64,000 nt of DNA from positions 6,130 through 70,129 of the forward strand of contig JAIRKM010000035.1 in NCBI GenBank assembly GCA_031260125.1. The letters run 5' to 3'. This document shows, one piece after another, positions 39,489-50,155 of the stretch; position 1 is the stretch's first letter, and each line of letters starts with the position of its first letter. The position numbers were made by a program, and so were the translations under genes. The notes beneath the pieces were generated by a model. It searched no databases, was not told the origin of the DNA, and saw nothing but the letters and a program-made list of their open reading frames with translations. Source of the DNA: Helicobacteraceae bacterium. Lineage in GTDB: Bacteria; Campylobacterota; Campylobacteria; Campylobacterales; SZUA-545.

Positions 39489-41159
39489 ATGACTATATCT
39501 GTCAAATCAAGACTTATGACGTTGGTGATCGTAGGTATTGCCGGCGTCTCTCTGACCGCCGCGATCGGTTATATTAACGCCGTACGCGACGAGGCGGCGA
39601 TGGACGATATGTACCACGATCGGCTTATGTCCGTTATGCAGATACTCCAGTTCAAATACGCCATTACCGAGGTGAACAAGCGCAGCTATCAGCTTGCCGC
39701 TTTCTCGCACCTTCTTCCGCCCGATCGGTACACGACGGAAGCGCGGCGCATGCTCGAACTCCATGAAACGGCGTTAAAGCTGGCGCAGGACAACGTTGAT
39801 GCCTTTGGGCGCTCGGCGATAGACGGCGAAAGCAGGAAGATGTGGGACAGCTTTGAAACGCAATGGAGGCGGTGGAAGGAAACCGAGAGTGAAGCGAAAC
39901 GGTTCGTTGAAGAGCGCATAACAGCCCCCTCAGCCGCTTCAATGAGCGAAATATCCCGCTACCTGACGGAAGAGAATTTCAAAAAAAGAGCGCTGACTCA
40001 AGAGCTAACGGCGATGGTTGATAAGTTCGGCGATCTCAAGCGGGATGGGGCTCGCCGAAGCTTTGACGAGGCGATCGGCGCGACACGCAATATGATCAAG
40101 GTAAACATTGGCGCGTTTGTTCTCGCTATCACGCTGATCGGACTCATCGCGTGGTCGATCTTCCGATCCGTTATCAAGCCGATCCGCTATACCCGCAATC
40201 TGGTGGTGCGAATAGCAAACGAGCAGAATCTCACGTTGCGCGTCGATCACAGCGCCGGCGATGAGATTGGCGAGATGGTCGCGGCGTTTAACCAGATGGT
40301 CGAGAAGATTCAACGTTCGGTGGTCGCGATTAACGATCGGGTGGAACTAGTCAACAAGGAGGTCGTCAGCTTCTCAAAGGAAGCGGAATCGGTCGCTCTG
40401 GAATCGCAGGCGCAAAGTACAGCCGCAAGCTCAATGGCGGCATCGGTGGAGGAGATGACGGTAAGTATCAGCTCCGTTTCCGACAACGCCTCCGACGCGC
40501 AGAAGGTGGCGCAAAACGCGGGCGAAATCAGCGGTCTTGGCAGTCAGATCATCGATAAAACGTCGCGCGAAATGGACGTGATGGTAGAGATCGTCTTGCA
40601 GACATCGCAGGTTATTCAGACTCTTGGCGAAGAATCGCATCAAATCAACAGCGTCGTGCAGGTGATTAAAGATGTCGCCGATCAGATAAACCTGCTGGCT
40701 CTCAACGCGGCGATAGAAGCGGCAAGGGCGGGCGATCAGGGCAGAGGTTTCGCGGTCGTTGCCGACGAGGTGCGCAAACTTGCCGAGTGTACGTCAAAGT
40801 CGATCGACGACATTACAGCGATGATCAATAAAATCCAAGCGAGCGCAAGCGAGGCGGTTGAAGCGATGGATAAGGTTGTCCATTGTGTGGAGCAGGAGCA
40901 GAAACTCGCGAAGGACGCCGGTGAAAAGATGCGCCATATCCACGATCAGACAAAAACCGTCTCCGGCGCGATTGACGAGATTTCCAACGCTCTTAAAGAG
41001 CAGAGCCTCGCCAGTCAGGATATTGCCAAAAACATCGAAAAGGTGTCGCAGATGACCTGCAAAAACAGCGAATCGGCAGACGCCGCCGCCGCAAACGCCA
41101 AACAACTAGGGCTGCTCGCGCGCGAGGTAAAAGAGACGCTTTCGCGTTTTAAGGCGTGA
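39489..41159 (+). CDS. Methyl-accepting chemotaxis protein (4HB-type periplasmic sensor, HAMP, MA domain)
   Basis: Two TMs flanking a helical periplasmic domain; signalling-domain core [32 protein letters not shown]; 556 aa. Confidence 0.92.
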   Translation: MTISVKSRLMTLVIVGIAGVSLTAAIGYINAVRDEAAMDDMYHDRLMSVMQILQFKYAITEVNKRSYQLAAFSHLLPPDRYTTEARRMLELHETALKLAQDNVDAFGRSAIDGESRKMWDSFETQWRRWKETESEAKRFVEERITAPSAASMSEISRYLTEENFKKRALTQELTAMVDKFGDLKRDGARRSFDEAIGATRNMIKVNIGAFVLAITLIGLIAWSIFRSVIKPIRYTRNLVVRIANEQNLTLRVDHSAGDEIGEMVAAFNQMVEKIQRSVVAINDRVELVNKEVVSFSKEAESVALESQAQSTAASSMAASVEEMTVSISSVSDNASDAQKVAQNAGEISGLGSQIIDKTSREMDVMVEIVLQTSQVIQTLGEESHQINSVVQVIKDVADQINLLALNAAIEAARAGDQGRGFAVVADEVRKLAECTSKSIDDITAMINKIQASASEAVEAMDKVVHCVEQEQKLAKDAGEKMRHIHDQTKTVSGAIDEISNALKEQSLASQDIAKNIEKVSQMTCKNSESADAAAANAKQLGLLAREVKETLSRFKA

Positions 41160-41181
41160 TGGACGATCGGACGATGGACGC

Positions 41182-42768
41182 TCAACCGCCCTGCGCATCA
41201 AGCAGATTCCCCGCGTCCGCCGCCGGCGCGGCTTTTAGCGGCTCCAAACCGGCGACGTATGTCGGATAGGCGATTTTAATATGCTCCGCATTGTTAAACG
41301 CCTCGATCACCTCTTGACTGATCGCGCTTCTTAACGCCAGCGTAGAGTATGAGTTGGTCAGATACCAGATGCTGACTTTCATGCCGTATATGTGGGCAAA
41401 TGTAAACACGCGCGGCTCAACGTTTACGGTGCGCATATTAAACCTCGCGCGCAGATTGCCGTAATGTTTGCGCGCCAGATCGGTATAGCCCGCGGCATGC
41501 TTCGCAGCGATCTCTTTTGCGATCTTCAGCGCCTTTTTATGGTTGCTGTCAAACGAGATCACAATATCAATGCCGTCCCAGACAGTTTGCATCTCATTAT
41601 ATGTGTAGTTCTGAATAATATGCGTGAAGATGTAGTTATTCGGTATGTGAATAATCCGTCCCGCCCGCCTATTGTGCGTAAAAGTCGTAAGCGTTATATC
41701 CTCAAAAAGCATGATGCGCGTAAGCCCTATCTCCAAGACGTCGCCGACAACCTGTTCGCCATCAAGAACCACTCGAACGCGATCTCCTATATGGATAGAA
41801 CCGCCGAAGACGATCGCGCCCCAGCCTAAAAGCGACATAAACCAATCTTTCATCGCAATCGCTATGCCGGCGGAGATGAACCCCAGCAGAGTAATGAAGT
41901 ATGTGATGTTATTGATGTAGTTAAAAAGCAGAATCAAAACGATGACGCAGAAGGTGATGATATTAACTCCGCGTCTGATTCCAAACATACGGCTGGCATC
42001 CTTAACAGCTCTGGAGGCGACGCCCTTGCTGGCGAAAGAAAGCGCAAGGATCACGGCGATAATGATCAGTATTGTAATAAGATTTACAATCTCCGACTCG
42101 ATCTGTTCTTCAAGCTGTATCTTATAATTGATAAAGCGATTGTCTTGTACGCTTAAAGCCGTAGAAAATACCTCTTCGATATTGCCAAGCGCCGTCAAAA
42201 GCTGTGTCGTCTCCATTAACGCTTTTTTGGCGGCGTTGGTGTCGTTTTTGTCCGCCTTTAGAAGCTCCATTTGCCTCTCTGTGAGCCTCTGAAGTTCCTG
42301 CTCAATTTTGATGGTCTCCCGCAAATCATCAAGCCGCGATCTTTGCTCCTTTAGTGCGCGCGTCGAGTCGCGCATATAACCAAACGCCGCAATGATCGCC
42401 AGCGGCTGCTTAATGGCTGGAGGCTCGCCGATTGCCTCCACTCTCGATAAACTTTCAAGCGAGAGCGATCCCGTTTCGCTTAGAAGATCGATCCTAGCTT
42501 GTAATATCTGCCTTCTTTCTTCCAGTTGCGCGACTTGCGCCCTCGCTGTTTTATCCTGTCTGTTCGCAAGTTTTTTTATCTCAATTTGTAACTGAACATT
42601 CTCGCTTTGTAGAGTCTGATAGTCTCTTTGGTCTTGATAGCGCTTAATCCATGCGTTTGAGGCAAGCATTCGTTCATTTATCTGCTTTATCTGTTCCTCT
42701 ATCTGCTCCACGCTTTCTTGGGCAAATGCCGCAAAATAGATAAAGAAAACTGTAAATAAAGCTCTCAT
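41182..42768 (-). CDS. Mechanosensitive channel, MscS family, with N-terminal periplasmic coiled-coil domain (MscK/KefA-like, short)
   Basis: Signal peptide, long coiled-coil, TM bundle and MscS beta-domain (VVGDVLEIGLTRIMLFEDITLTTFTHNRRAGRIIHIPNNYIF); 528 aa. Confidence 0.8.
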   Translation of the reverse strand: MRALFTVFFIYFAAFAQESVEQIEEQIKQINERMLASNAWIKRYQDQRDYQTLQSENVQLQIEIKKLANRQDKTARAQVAQLEERRQILQARIDLLSETGSLSLESLSRVEAIGEPPAIKQPLAIIAAFGYMRDSTRALKEQRSRLDDLRETIKIEQELQRLTERQMELLKADKNDTNAAKKALMETTQLLTALGNIEEVFSTALSVQDNRFINYKIQLEEQIESEIVNLITILIIIAVILALSFASKGVASRAVKDASRMFGIRRGVNIITFCVIVLILLFNYINNITYFITLLGFISAGIAIAMKDWFMSLLGWGAIVFGGSIHIGDRVRVVLDGEQVVGDVLEIGLTRIMLFEDITLTTFTHNRRAGRIIHIPNNYIFTHIIQNYTYNEMQTVWDGIDIVISFDSNHKKALKIAKEIAAKHAAGYTDLARKHYGNLRARFNMRTVNVEPRVFTFAHIYGMKVSIWYLTNSYSTLALRSAISQEVIEAFNNAEHIKIAYPTYVAGLEPLKAAPAADAGNLLDAQGG

Positions 42769-43805
42769 TCAATATCCTTGATTGCTTCTAGCACAAGTCT
42801 CCTATCCGCGTCATTAACAAATATATAATCCCCGATCCCGCGTGGAAGTATGAATGTTATTTTTCCGCTTTTGCTTTTTTTGTCCAGAAAAAAACTTTCG
42901 TAAAACGAATCGGCATCTTCAGTCCTATATGTAGTTGGAAGGTTATATTTTTCTAATAGTTTTTTTATTCGTAAGCCATCTTTTTGCGTTAAGTAACCCA
43001 GCCGCTCGGAGAGTTTATTCGCCATCACTATACCTATTGCCACACCCTCGCCATGAAGATACTTTGTATAGCCCGATTCACGCTCAATGGCGTGTCCGAA
43101 TGTATGTCCGTAATTTAACACCTGCCGCAGCTCATATTCCTTCTCGTCCTGCGTAACAATATTAGCCTTAATCTCCACGCTTCTTTTAATCGCCTCCAAT
43201 AAATTTTCCCCTTCTAAATCGCCGGTTTCCAGCCACTCAAAAAACTCGCTGTCCAGCGTAGCCGCCATTTTAATTATCTCCGCGGCGCCCGCGTTAAATT
43301 CCCTTTCGGGCAAAGTAGAGAGCCAGAAGGGATCGATATATACCGCCTTTGGTTGATGAAACGCCCCTATGAGATTTTTGCCGAAACTGTTGTTTACGCC
43401 CGTTTTGCCGCCTACGGAGGCATCGACCATAGCAAGCAGCGTTGTCGGTATCTGCACAAAATCTATGCCGCGCTGATAGATGGAAGCGGCGAAACCGGAC
43501 ACATCTCCCACGATCCCGCCTCCAAAGGCGATCAGGGTCGATCGGCGATCGATGCGGTTTTCAAAGAGTCCGTTTAGCACCGTCTGAAGCGTCGTAATAT
43601 TTTTAAACTCCTCTCCGTCGGGAATTTTGATCACGGCTACCTTAGGCGCGGTTATCAGATTCAACAGCCGATCGAGATGAAGCGCCGCGACGGTTTCATT
43701 GGTAACGATCGCGGTACTTTGGGTGTATTTAAGCGGCGCAAGCGAGCCAAGAGTAATTCTATAGCTGTTGTCAACATGTTTTTTAAGGTTTATAAGCACT
43801 TCCAT
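42765..43805 (-). CDS. aroB: 3-dehydroquinate synthase
   Basis: NAD-binding GGGIVGDVSGFAAS, metal site NYGHTFGHAIE; 346 aa. Confidence 0.9.
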   Translation of the reverse strand: MEVLINLKKHVDNSYRITLGSLAPLKYTQSTAIVTNETVAALHLDRLLNLITAPKVAVIKIPDGEEFKNITTLQTVLNGLFENRIDRRSTLIAFGGGIVGDVSGFAASIYQRGIDFVQIPTTLLAMVDASVGGKTGVNNSFGKNLIGAFHQPKAVYIDPFWLSTLPEREFNAGAAEIIKMAATLDSEFFEWLETGDLEGENLLEAIKRSVEIKANIVTQDEKEYELRQVLNYGHTFGHAIERESGYTKYLHGEGVAIGIVMANKLSERLGYLTQKDGLRIKKLLEKYNLPTTYRTEDADSFYESFFLDKKSKSGKITFILPRGIGDYIFVNDADRRLVLEAIKDIE

Positions 43806-43817
43806 AACATTCTCCTT

Positions 43818-45227
43818 TTAGTAAACCGGAATAAAAATCTGATGATTTGATTTTAATACCGCGTTCAATCGTTCGATTCTCTTAGGATTAAATAAGTCTA
43901 GCACAGTTCGGCTGATCATATTCTTTTCATAAGGGAAGAAGAGCAGTATGTTGTCTTCATTTCTCAAATGAAGTATAGGATTTTCTTCATTTTCATAAAC
44001 AAATATCGCGCGGCTGTGAAGGCGCGCAAGACTATCGAAATGTCTGATAATTACGCCCTCCCCTTCACTATCTACATTTGCCGGATATATAAATATATTT
44101 AGGCTAAGCTGGGCTGAAAGATCAAATATGGTGGAGCTGATCTGTTCGTAATTCGGATTGGACGATATAGGCACCGCCGCTTTATTGATCCGCGCAGCAT
44201 TTTCGTAGCCAAGTTTCAGAACGGGACGCTTGATCTTTTGGAAAAGCACGCGGTTTTTCCTCTTTTCAAACATTTCTGGGTTGACAATCAAAAGCCCTAC
44301 GTTCAATCTGCCTAGCTCTTGTTTAAGCTCTTCATATATATCAAATTTTCTATAGGCGATGTCAATAACTATATCCGCTTTATTCAACTCGCGGACTCTT
44401 GAAAGCAGATCGAGGCTGTCGGGGTTAATCACTTTGATGAATAAGATTTTATTTTTGATCTGATCGTGAATGCTCAACGCGGAGTTCAATTCAAGTTCCG
44501 CTTTAGCGCTCCTGCCGTTTGCCATATCCAAAAGCATGTAGGCGTTGCGTCCGAATGGAGCGGGAAACTGACCGCTTTCAAGTTTAATAGCCCTGTGAAC
44601 GTTTTTCAATATGTTCGGCTGTCCGATTAGAAGCAAATTATCACCCGGCAGAATCATCGTCGCGGGCGTGGGCAATATCAGCTCGTTGGCTCTGTATATC
44701 GCCCCTACCCGCCACTCTCTTTGCTCAACATTCCCAATATGACGATATGCGAAACTGCTACCAAACGGCACCATAACCTCAATAATATCGCCGCTGCGAA
44801 GCCCCACAAACTGCGCGCTGACTGGTATGTTTGGAACCGCCGCCATAAAACGGTTTGCCGTAATGTCAACCAGTTTTATAATGCGGGTGTTCTCCCCGTC
44901 GTCAATGGCTTTAAGATTGCCGTTGTCTAAAAGGTAGATCATAATGTCTTTGCTGAGTGTTCGCAGATTTTTATAGACCGCCATAGCTTCGTTTGGATCG
45001 TCCATAACGATATATGCGGTTATATGCTCTCTAGTAAATATAGCTTCGAGCTTTGAAAAGCTCGTCGGATCGAATTTATGGAATGTGCAATTTATAACGT
45101 CGTCCTCAATGATATTGCCCCTGTAGTAAACGATATCAAGGACATTCACGTCCGAATAGGTTGAAGTAACTCTTTTTATAAATTCTTCCGCAATCATTCC
45201 GTCTGCAATAATAAGTAACTTTTTCAC
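43818..45227 (-). CDS. TrkA-N/RCK-C domain protein of unknown function (COG3400-like)
   Basis: N-terminal Rossmann-like KLLIIADGMIAEEF; central RCK_C/TrkA_C signature (GLRSGDIIEVMV... ILPGDNLLLIGQP); 469 aa. Confidence 0.5.
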   Translation of the reverse strand: MKKLLIIADGMIAEEFIKRVTSTYSDVNVLDIVYYRGNIIEDDVINCTFHKFDPTSFSKLEAIFTREHITAYIVMDDPNEAMAVYKNLRTLSKDIMIYLLDNGNLKAIDDGENTRIIKLVDITANRFMAAVPNIPVSAQFVGLRSGDIIEVMVPFGSSFAYRHIGNVEQREWRVGAIYRANELILPTPATMILPGDNLLLIGQPNILKNVHRAIKLESGQFPAPFGRNAYMLLDMANGRSAKAELELNSALSIHDQIKNKILFIKVINPDSLDLLSRVRELNKADIVIDIAYRKFDIYEELKQELGRLNVGLLIVNPEMFEKRKNRVLFQKIKRPVLKLGYENAARINKAAVPISSNPNYEQISSTIFDLSAQLSLNIFIYPANVDSEGEGVIIRHFDSLARLHSRAIFVYENEENPILHLRNEDNILLFFPYEKNMISRTVLDLFNPKRIERLNAVLKSNHQIFIPVY

Positions 45228-46324
45228 TCTTCTAGTTCACTTTCAGTATCTGTAAGCTCATCGTGAATCAGCTCCTCTATAAACGAGGTTGCGTAGCTGC
45301 CTTTCGGCAAAAAGAAGCTGATCTCGTAATGCGCCTCGCTTTCTTTATATCCGCTGCTGTAAACATCCGGAAAAACCCATGCGTAACGGCGATCCCCGCT
45401 TGCGGGGATGTCTTCAAAAAATTCACTCTCAATGCCAAGCGCGTAACCGGCGGCGCTCATCGCCCTATAGCCGCTTAAAAGACCCGTAGGAGCCGTCTCC
45501 CGCCTTTCAAAACGCGCCGACTCCAGCGCCGTATCCTCCGCGTAGTATAACCTCCCATGCGGATAATGGCACATAAGATCGCCGCTGAAGATTCTGAAGA
45601 AGTGCGGCTGTACTTTAAGTTCATAGGCAATTTTGCTATCGATGCCAAGCTCTCCGGCGATCTCTTTAGGCTCAAACTCATCGATCAAGCGCGCAATCGC
45701 CAGCCGTCTGGTCAGCCACGCGTTGAAGCGCTCGCTCTGTAAGGCGTTGATCAAAAACGTCTGCATCCTTTTGCCGCGCACCTTCACCGCGCCATCGAGA
45801 AACGCCCGCGCCGTCTTATAGTTGCCGCCATCTCTTCCAAAGCGCTGAAACCCGAAAAAGTTAGGCATTCCGCGTAGCCGCAGCTGCTCTACGGCGGCGT
45901 TCAGCTTGATGGCATCGACACCGCCAACCTTTTTGAGCCGTACGAAAAAGCGGTTGCCTTTGAGGTGCCCTATCTTCAGCTTGTTGACGTGACGCGCCGT
46001 ATCCAGAATTTTCACGCCCGGATGGTCGAACCCTTTGATCCGATCTTCAAATTTCGCCGGCAAAGAGATCGTCTGAACGCTCATTGCCTGCTTATCTTTA
46101 AGCCCCGCATAGCCCACTTCGCGCGCTTTAACTCCGACACGCTCGCACAGCGCCGAGATCGCCTCCCATGTGGAAATCCCCTTTTTTCGGATGCGGACAA
46201 AGAGATGATTGCCGCTGCCGCAAGGCTCGTAAAGAGGCACTTCCTCTACCACGAAATCCTTGCTGCCGCGCGCAAAACGCGCCCGAATGGGCGAATGAGT
46301 GAGAAAAAATCCTCTTTTTTCCAT
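45224..46324 (-). CDS. truD: tRNA pseudouridine(13) synthase TruD
   Basis: N-terminal motifs [26 protein letters not shown] and [12 protein letters not shown]; 366 aa. Confidence 0.88.
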   Translation of the reverse strand: MEKRGFFLTHSPIRARFARGSKDFVVEEVPLYEPCGSGNHLFVRIRKKGISTWEAISALCERVGVKAREVGYAGLKDKQAMSVQTISLPAKFEDRIKGFDHPGVKILDTARHVNKLKIGHLKGNRFFVRLKKVGGVDAIKLNAAVEQLRLRGMPNFFGFQRFGRDGGNYKTARAFLDGAVKVRGKRMQTFLINALQSERFNAWLTRRLAIARLIDEFEPKEIAGELGIDSKIAYELKVQPHFFRIFSGDLMCHYPHGRLYYAEDTALESARFERRETAPTGLLSGYRAMSAAGYALGIESEFFEDIPASGDRRYAWVFPDVYSSGYKESEAHYEISFFLPKGSYATSFIEELIHDELTDTESELEE

Positions 46325-46412
46325 AACGTTTTTCTATCCTTGTAGTTGTAGTTTAATAAAAATATCCCTACACTTACATTTTGATCTAAATATTAACGCA
46401 AAGGATTTGACG

Positions 46413-47996
46413 ATGAGCTTGAGAGACTGGGCAAAAGAACTCTCGCTGGAGAGTATCGGCAAGGTTTTTTACAACCTTTCGTATGAAGAGATTTTTGAGC
46501 ACGAGCTGCGAAACGGAGAAGTTACAGTTACAAAAAGCGGCGCGGTGTCCGTCGATACGGGCAAATTCACGGGCAGAAGCCCAAAAGACAAGTACTTCGT
46601 GAAAGCCGATCCAAGCCAGAAGTATATCGCGTGGGGCAAGGTCAATCAGCCGACGACAAAAGAGGCGTTTGACGAGCTGTTCGCGCTTGCGCGCAAGCAA
46701 CTCGCGGGCAAAAACCTCTACGTGTTCGATGGCTACACCGGCGCCAACACAAAGACGCGCAAAAAGGTGCGTTTTGTCTCCGAGTTAGCGTGGCAGCATC
46801 ACTTCGTTACCAACATGTTTATCCGCCCCGAAAAGAAAGAGTTGGAGGGCTACATTCCGGACTTTACCCTCTTTAACGCCTGCAAAGCGGTGGATGGCGA
46901 TCCGCAGAAGCATGGACACAATTCGGAAGTGTTTGTGATTTTCAACATTGAAGAGAATATCGCCATTATCGGCGGCACTTACTACGGCGGCGAGATGAAA
47001 AAGGGCATCTTTACGATGATGAACTATTGGCTGCCTCTTCAGGGCATTCTCTCCATGCACTGCTCGGCAAACGTCGGCAAAAACGGCGATACGGCGCTGT
47101 TCTTCGGACTCAGCGGCACGGGCAAAACGACGCTTTCGACCGATCCCGATCGTAAACTCATTGGCGACGACGAGCATGGCTGGGACGACGATGGCATATT
47201 TAACTTTGAGGGCGGTTGCTACGCCAAGACGATTCACCTCGATCCAAAGAGCGAACCGGAGATTTACGCCGCGATCAGAAGGGACGCGCTTTTGGAAAAT
47301 GTGGTCGTTAGAGCGGACAAAACGGTCGACTACGACAGCGACGCGAAAACGGAAAACACCCGCGTCAGCTACCCTATTTTCCACATCCAAAACTACGAAA
47401 AGAGCCTCAAGGGGGGGCATCCCAACAACATCATCTTCCTTTCGTACGACGCCTTTGGCATTCTGCCGCCTGTCGCCAAGCTGACCAAAGAACAGGCGAT
47501 GTACTACTTTCTCAGCGGCTACACGGCAAAGGTCGCCGGTACGGAAAGAGGCGTTACAGAGCCGACCGCCACTTTCAGCGCCTGCTTCGGGGAGGTGTTT
47601 ATGACGCTTCATCCGACTGAGTATGCTAAACTTCTGGGCAAGAAAATAGACGCGCATCGCGCAAACGTCTACCTGGTCAATACGGGGCTTAGCGGTGGAG
47701 CGTATGGGACGGGCAAACGTATGAGCATCAAAACTACACGCGGTTGCATCAACGCAATCTTAAACGGCGCGATCGAAAAGAGCGGGTTTAGAGAAATGCC
47801 GATCTTCGGTATTCTGGTACCGGAAACGCTGGAGGGAGTAGACAGCGCCATACTGGATCCCAAATCGACATGGAGCGATAAAGCGGCTTATGAAGCGACC
47901 GCGAGAAAACTTGCTTCGCTTTTCATTGAGAATTTCAAGCGCTACCAAGGAGGCGGCAATGAATTTGATTTTACAAAAGCGGGACCGCAGCTCTAA
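46413..47996 (+). CDS. pckA: Phosphoenolpyruvate carboxykinase (ATP)
   Basis: Start at in-frame ATG 46413 ([32 protein letters not shown]...); the track start at 46299 overlaps truD and is spurious. Kinase motifs [18 protein letters not shown]; 527 aa. Confidence 0.92.
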   Translation: MSLRDWAKELSLESIGKVFYNLSYEEIFEHELRNGEVTVTKSGAVSVDTGKFTGRSPKDKYFVKADPSQKYIAWGKVNQPTTKEAFDELFALARKQLAGKNLYVFDGYTGANTKTRKKVRFVSELAWQHHFVTNMFIRPEKKELEGYIPDFTLFNACKAVDGDPQKHGHNSEVFVIFNIEENIAIIGGTYYGGEMKKGIFTMMNYWLPLQGILSMHCSANVGKNGDTALFFGLSGTGKTTLSTDPDRKLIGDDEHGWDDDGIFNFEGGCYAKTIHLDPKSEPEIYAAIRRDALLENVVVRADKTVDYDSDAKTENTRVSYPIFHIQNYEKSLKGGHPNNIIFLSYDAFGILPPVAKLTKEQAMYYFLSGYTAKVAGTERGVTEPTATFSACFGEVFMTLHPTEYAKLLGKKIDAHRANVYLVNTGLSGGAYGTGKRMSIKTTRGCINAILNGAIEKSGFREMPIFGILVPETLEGVDSAILDPKSTWSDKAAYEATARKLASLFIENFKRYQGGGNEFDFTKAGPQL

Positions 47997-47998
47997 CG

Positions 47999-48637
47999 AT
48001 GTTTAAGCCGCTGTTTGTTACGGGGACGGGTACGGGTGTAGGCAAAACTCACACCGTGTGCGGGCTGATCGACATCATCGCGCGCAGAGGATTTAAGGTC
48101 GCCGGTTTCAAACCGATTGAAACAGGCGTCAAAGCCGAGCCGGAGGATGGGTTGCTGCTAAGGGCGGCTATGGGCAAATTTGTTCATAACCCCGTACTTT
48201 TGCTGGATACGATTTGCCCCGTGCGCTACGAGCTTGCCGCCGCTCCGGATGTGGCGAGAGTAACGCAAGCTGTCGATTGGGGAGCGATCGACGCCGCCTT
48301 CAAGGTGTGTCAGGAGGCATCGGACATCGTGATTATTGAGGGGGCTGGCGGCGCTTTGACGCCGGTGGAAAACGAACGTTACTCTTATGACATCGCCAAG
48401 CGCTACAACGCGCGGCTTTTGGTGATCACCGACGATACTCTAGGAATGATCCACAACCTGCTCTGTACGATAGAAACGCTCTCGTTCAAAGGCTTTATCA
48501 ACCCTATGTGGGCGGTGAGCATAAAGAACAAAGCGGCGTTTGCAAAGATATCTGAACCATTTTTAACGAAAAAGTTCGGTAATTTTATGAGGCTGCCGGG
48601 CGATCTCTTCAGTATTGCCGATAAAGTCTGCCATTGA
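47999..48637 (+). CDS. bioD: Dethiobiotin synthetase
   Basis: MFKPLFVTGTGTGVGKTHTV P-loop, EGAGG motif; 212 aa. Confidence 0.88.
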   Translation: MFKPLFVTGTGTGVGKTHTVCGLIDIIARRGFKVAGFKPIETGVKAEPEDGLLLRAAMGKFVHNPVLLLDTICPVRYELAAAPDVARVTQAVDWGAIDAAFKVCQEASDIVIIEGAGGALTPVENERYSYDIAKRYNARLLVITDDTLGMIHNLLCTIETLSFKGFINPMWAVSIKNKAAFAKISEPFLTKKFGNFMRLPGDLFSIADKVCH

Positions 48638-49086
48638 AAAAAGCGCTTTTATCGCTTCTGTGCGCCGTTATGTTCGGCGAGGCGGGGGAGGCGGCGCTCA
48701 AATACGCGCTCAGCGATAGCGAACTGGCAAAAAAGGCGGAAAAAGCCGCTGAAATTCTGCGCGAAAACGGCGTACATCTGGGCGCGATCGTCGACTCCGA
48801 AATGTTCGCGGGTGAAGGCGGGCTGGCGGCGCTTAAAATGGGATACATCGATCTGTACGCCGCTAACGCCTCCGATCTGCAATACGCGATCGGCTCGCTC
48901 TGGACAAAGCTGGAAACGGCGAAAAAGGGCGATTTGGGGGAGATTAGAAAATCTTTGCACCATCTGGGATTTGAACTGATAGCGGTTCATTTTTTCAGTA
49001 AAAAAACGGTGGTGATTCTCGCCAATAAAAATTCATTCGACAAACTTGACGCCGCGGTTCAACGGATACTTCTCGAATCGCTCTGA
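48634..49086 (+). CDS. Hypothetical secreted protein
   Basis: 150 aa with signal peptide; 4-nt overlap with bioD; no recognisable domain. Confidence 0.4.
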   Translation: MKKALLSLLCAVMFGEAGEAALKYALSDSELAKKAEKAAEILRENGVHLGAIVDSEMFAGEGGLAALKMGYIDLYAANASDLQYAIGSLWTKLETAKKGDLGEIRKSLHHLGFELIAVHFFSKKTVVILANKNSFDKLDAAVQRILLESL

Positions 49087-49140
49087 CGCGCAAACAGGAA
49101 CTGTTATTGCTTCTAAACGGGAAACTGTGCAGGAAGTTCA

Positions 49141-49749
49141 ATGCGCGCGCTATCTCTCGTCGCGGTCTTCGCGTCTCTGCTTTTTGCGGAGGAATATGTC
49201 CGTCCCAATCTTTCGCTCAAGCCGTTTAACGCGGTCATAAAAAACACGGCGGCGTCCGCTCTGCCAGCCGCGTCTTTAGCCAAAACAAACACGATCGAAC
49301 AATTCGCCAAGGTTTACGCCGCCAGCGAGGTGGAGTTTGAAAACCTCAAAGCGGTAACGCTGGCGATGATGCTGCTTGAAAGCGGGCGCGGCACATCCGA
49401 TCTGGCAAAAAAATACAACAACTTCGGAGGCTTAAAATATCGTCCGGAGATGGCGGCGATGGCAAAAAAGATTCGCTATTACGCAAGCGACGGATACGAT
49501 TATTACTGTCACTTCGCCTCGTTTGAATCGTTTATCGCGGGCTTTTGGACTTTTTTGGATCGTAAGCCCTACGAGGGGTGGCGGACGAAGGCGCTTGATG
49601 AAAGGAAATTTCTGGAATTTATCGCGCCAATATACTGCCCATACAACAGCGATTACGCAAACAGCGTGATGAAGCTGCTGCCGGAGGCGCGGGCGTTACT
49701 TGCGAAGCATGTCGGCGGCGGCTACCGCGTGGCGGCGATCAAAGAGTAG
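49141..49749 (+). CDS. Glucosaminidase-domain peptidoglycan hydrolase (FlgJ C-domain-like)
   Basis: Signal peptide; motif DLAKKYNNFGGLKY resembling the PF01832 region; 202 aa. Confidence 0.55.
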   Translation: MRALSLVAVFASLLFAEEYVRPNLSLKPFNAVIKNTAASALPAASLAKTNTIEQFAKVYAASEVEFENLKAVTLAMMLLESGRGTSDLAKKYNNFGGLKYRPEMAAMAKKIRYYASDGYDYYCHFASFESFIAGFWTFLDRKPYEGWRTKALDERKFLEFIAPIYCPYNSDYANSVMKLLPEARALLAKHVGGGYRVAAIKE

Positions 49750-49763
49750 CAAAGGGCAGGTAT

Positions 49764-50087
49764 ATGAAAGTATTGGGCGTTATCTTGTTTCTGCTCTGCT
49801 CTCTTGCGGCACAGAGCTTTATCACGCCAAAGGAGCGCGGCGAAATGCTCTACCGGATGGCGGAAAGCACCGCGTGCGCCGCATGCCACGGCGATGCGGC
49901 AGAGGGTAAGCCGCTCGGCAGTTACGATACCAGGAGAGGCAAAAAAACCATTGTCGCGCCCGCTCTGATCAACATGAGCGGCGAAGCGATCAAAAGCGGA
50001 TTGAAAAACCATAACTTCGGACCGCCTTTTTACCTGAGCGATGAAGAAATTGCGGCGCTCTCCGCGTGGCTGAACCGGAATGATTGA
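49764..50087 (+). CDS. Mono-haem class I cytochrome c (c553-like)
   Basis: Signal peptide; single CxxCH (ACAACHG) and distal Met; 107 aa. Confidence 0.75.
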   Translation: MKVLGVILFLLCSLAAQSFITPKERGEMLYRMAESTACAACHGDAAEGKPLGSYDTRRGKKTIVAPALINMSGEAIKSGLKNHNFGPPFYLSDEEIAALSAWLNRND

Positions 50088-50155
50088 TCGGGCGGGCAGC
50101 TTGGATTTTGGCGGGACTATACTACAATAACCGCTGATTTTCTCAAAGGATTGTT

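Noticed and set aside
39368-39577. 69-aa ORF spanning the AT-rich region and the MCP start
   Set aside because: Low-complexity, Tyr/Cys/Arg-rich translation typical of an AT-rich non-coding frame. It overlaps the well-supported MCP start.
46299-46412. Upstream extension of the pckA ORF in the six-frame track, and similar long 5' extensions for serB (17159-17386), cysG (54480-54551), the flotillin gene (31404-31445) and rplI (9426-9479)
   Set aside because: The extensions are non-conserved, lack ribosome-binding sites and/or overlap convergent genes. Internal starts with SD sequences give canonical N-termini.
47411-47417. G7 homopolymer inside pckA, considered as a phase-variable slipped-strand tract like the polyG tracts of Campylobacter contingency genes
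   Set aside because: It encodes the conserved Gly-Gly-His of the PEP carboxykinase core (KGGHPNN) in an essential metabolic gene. There is no evidence of a frameshift, so it is most likely fixed.
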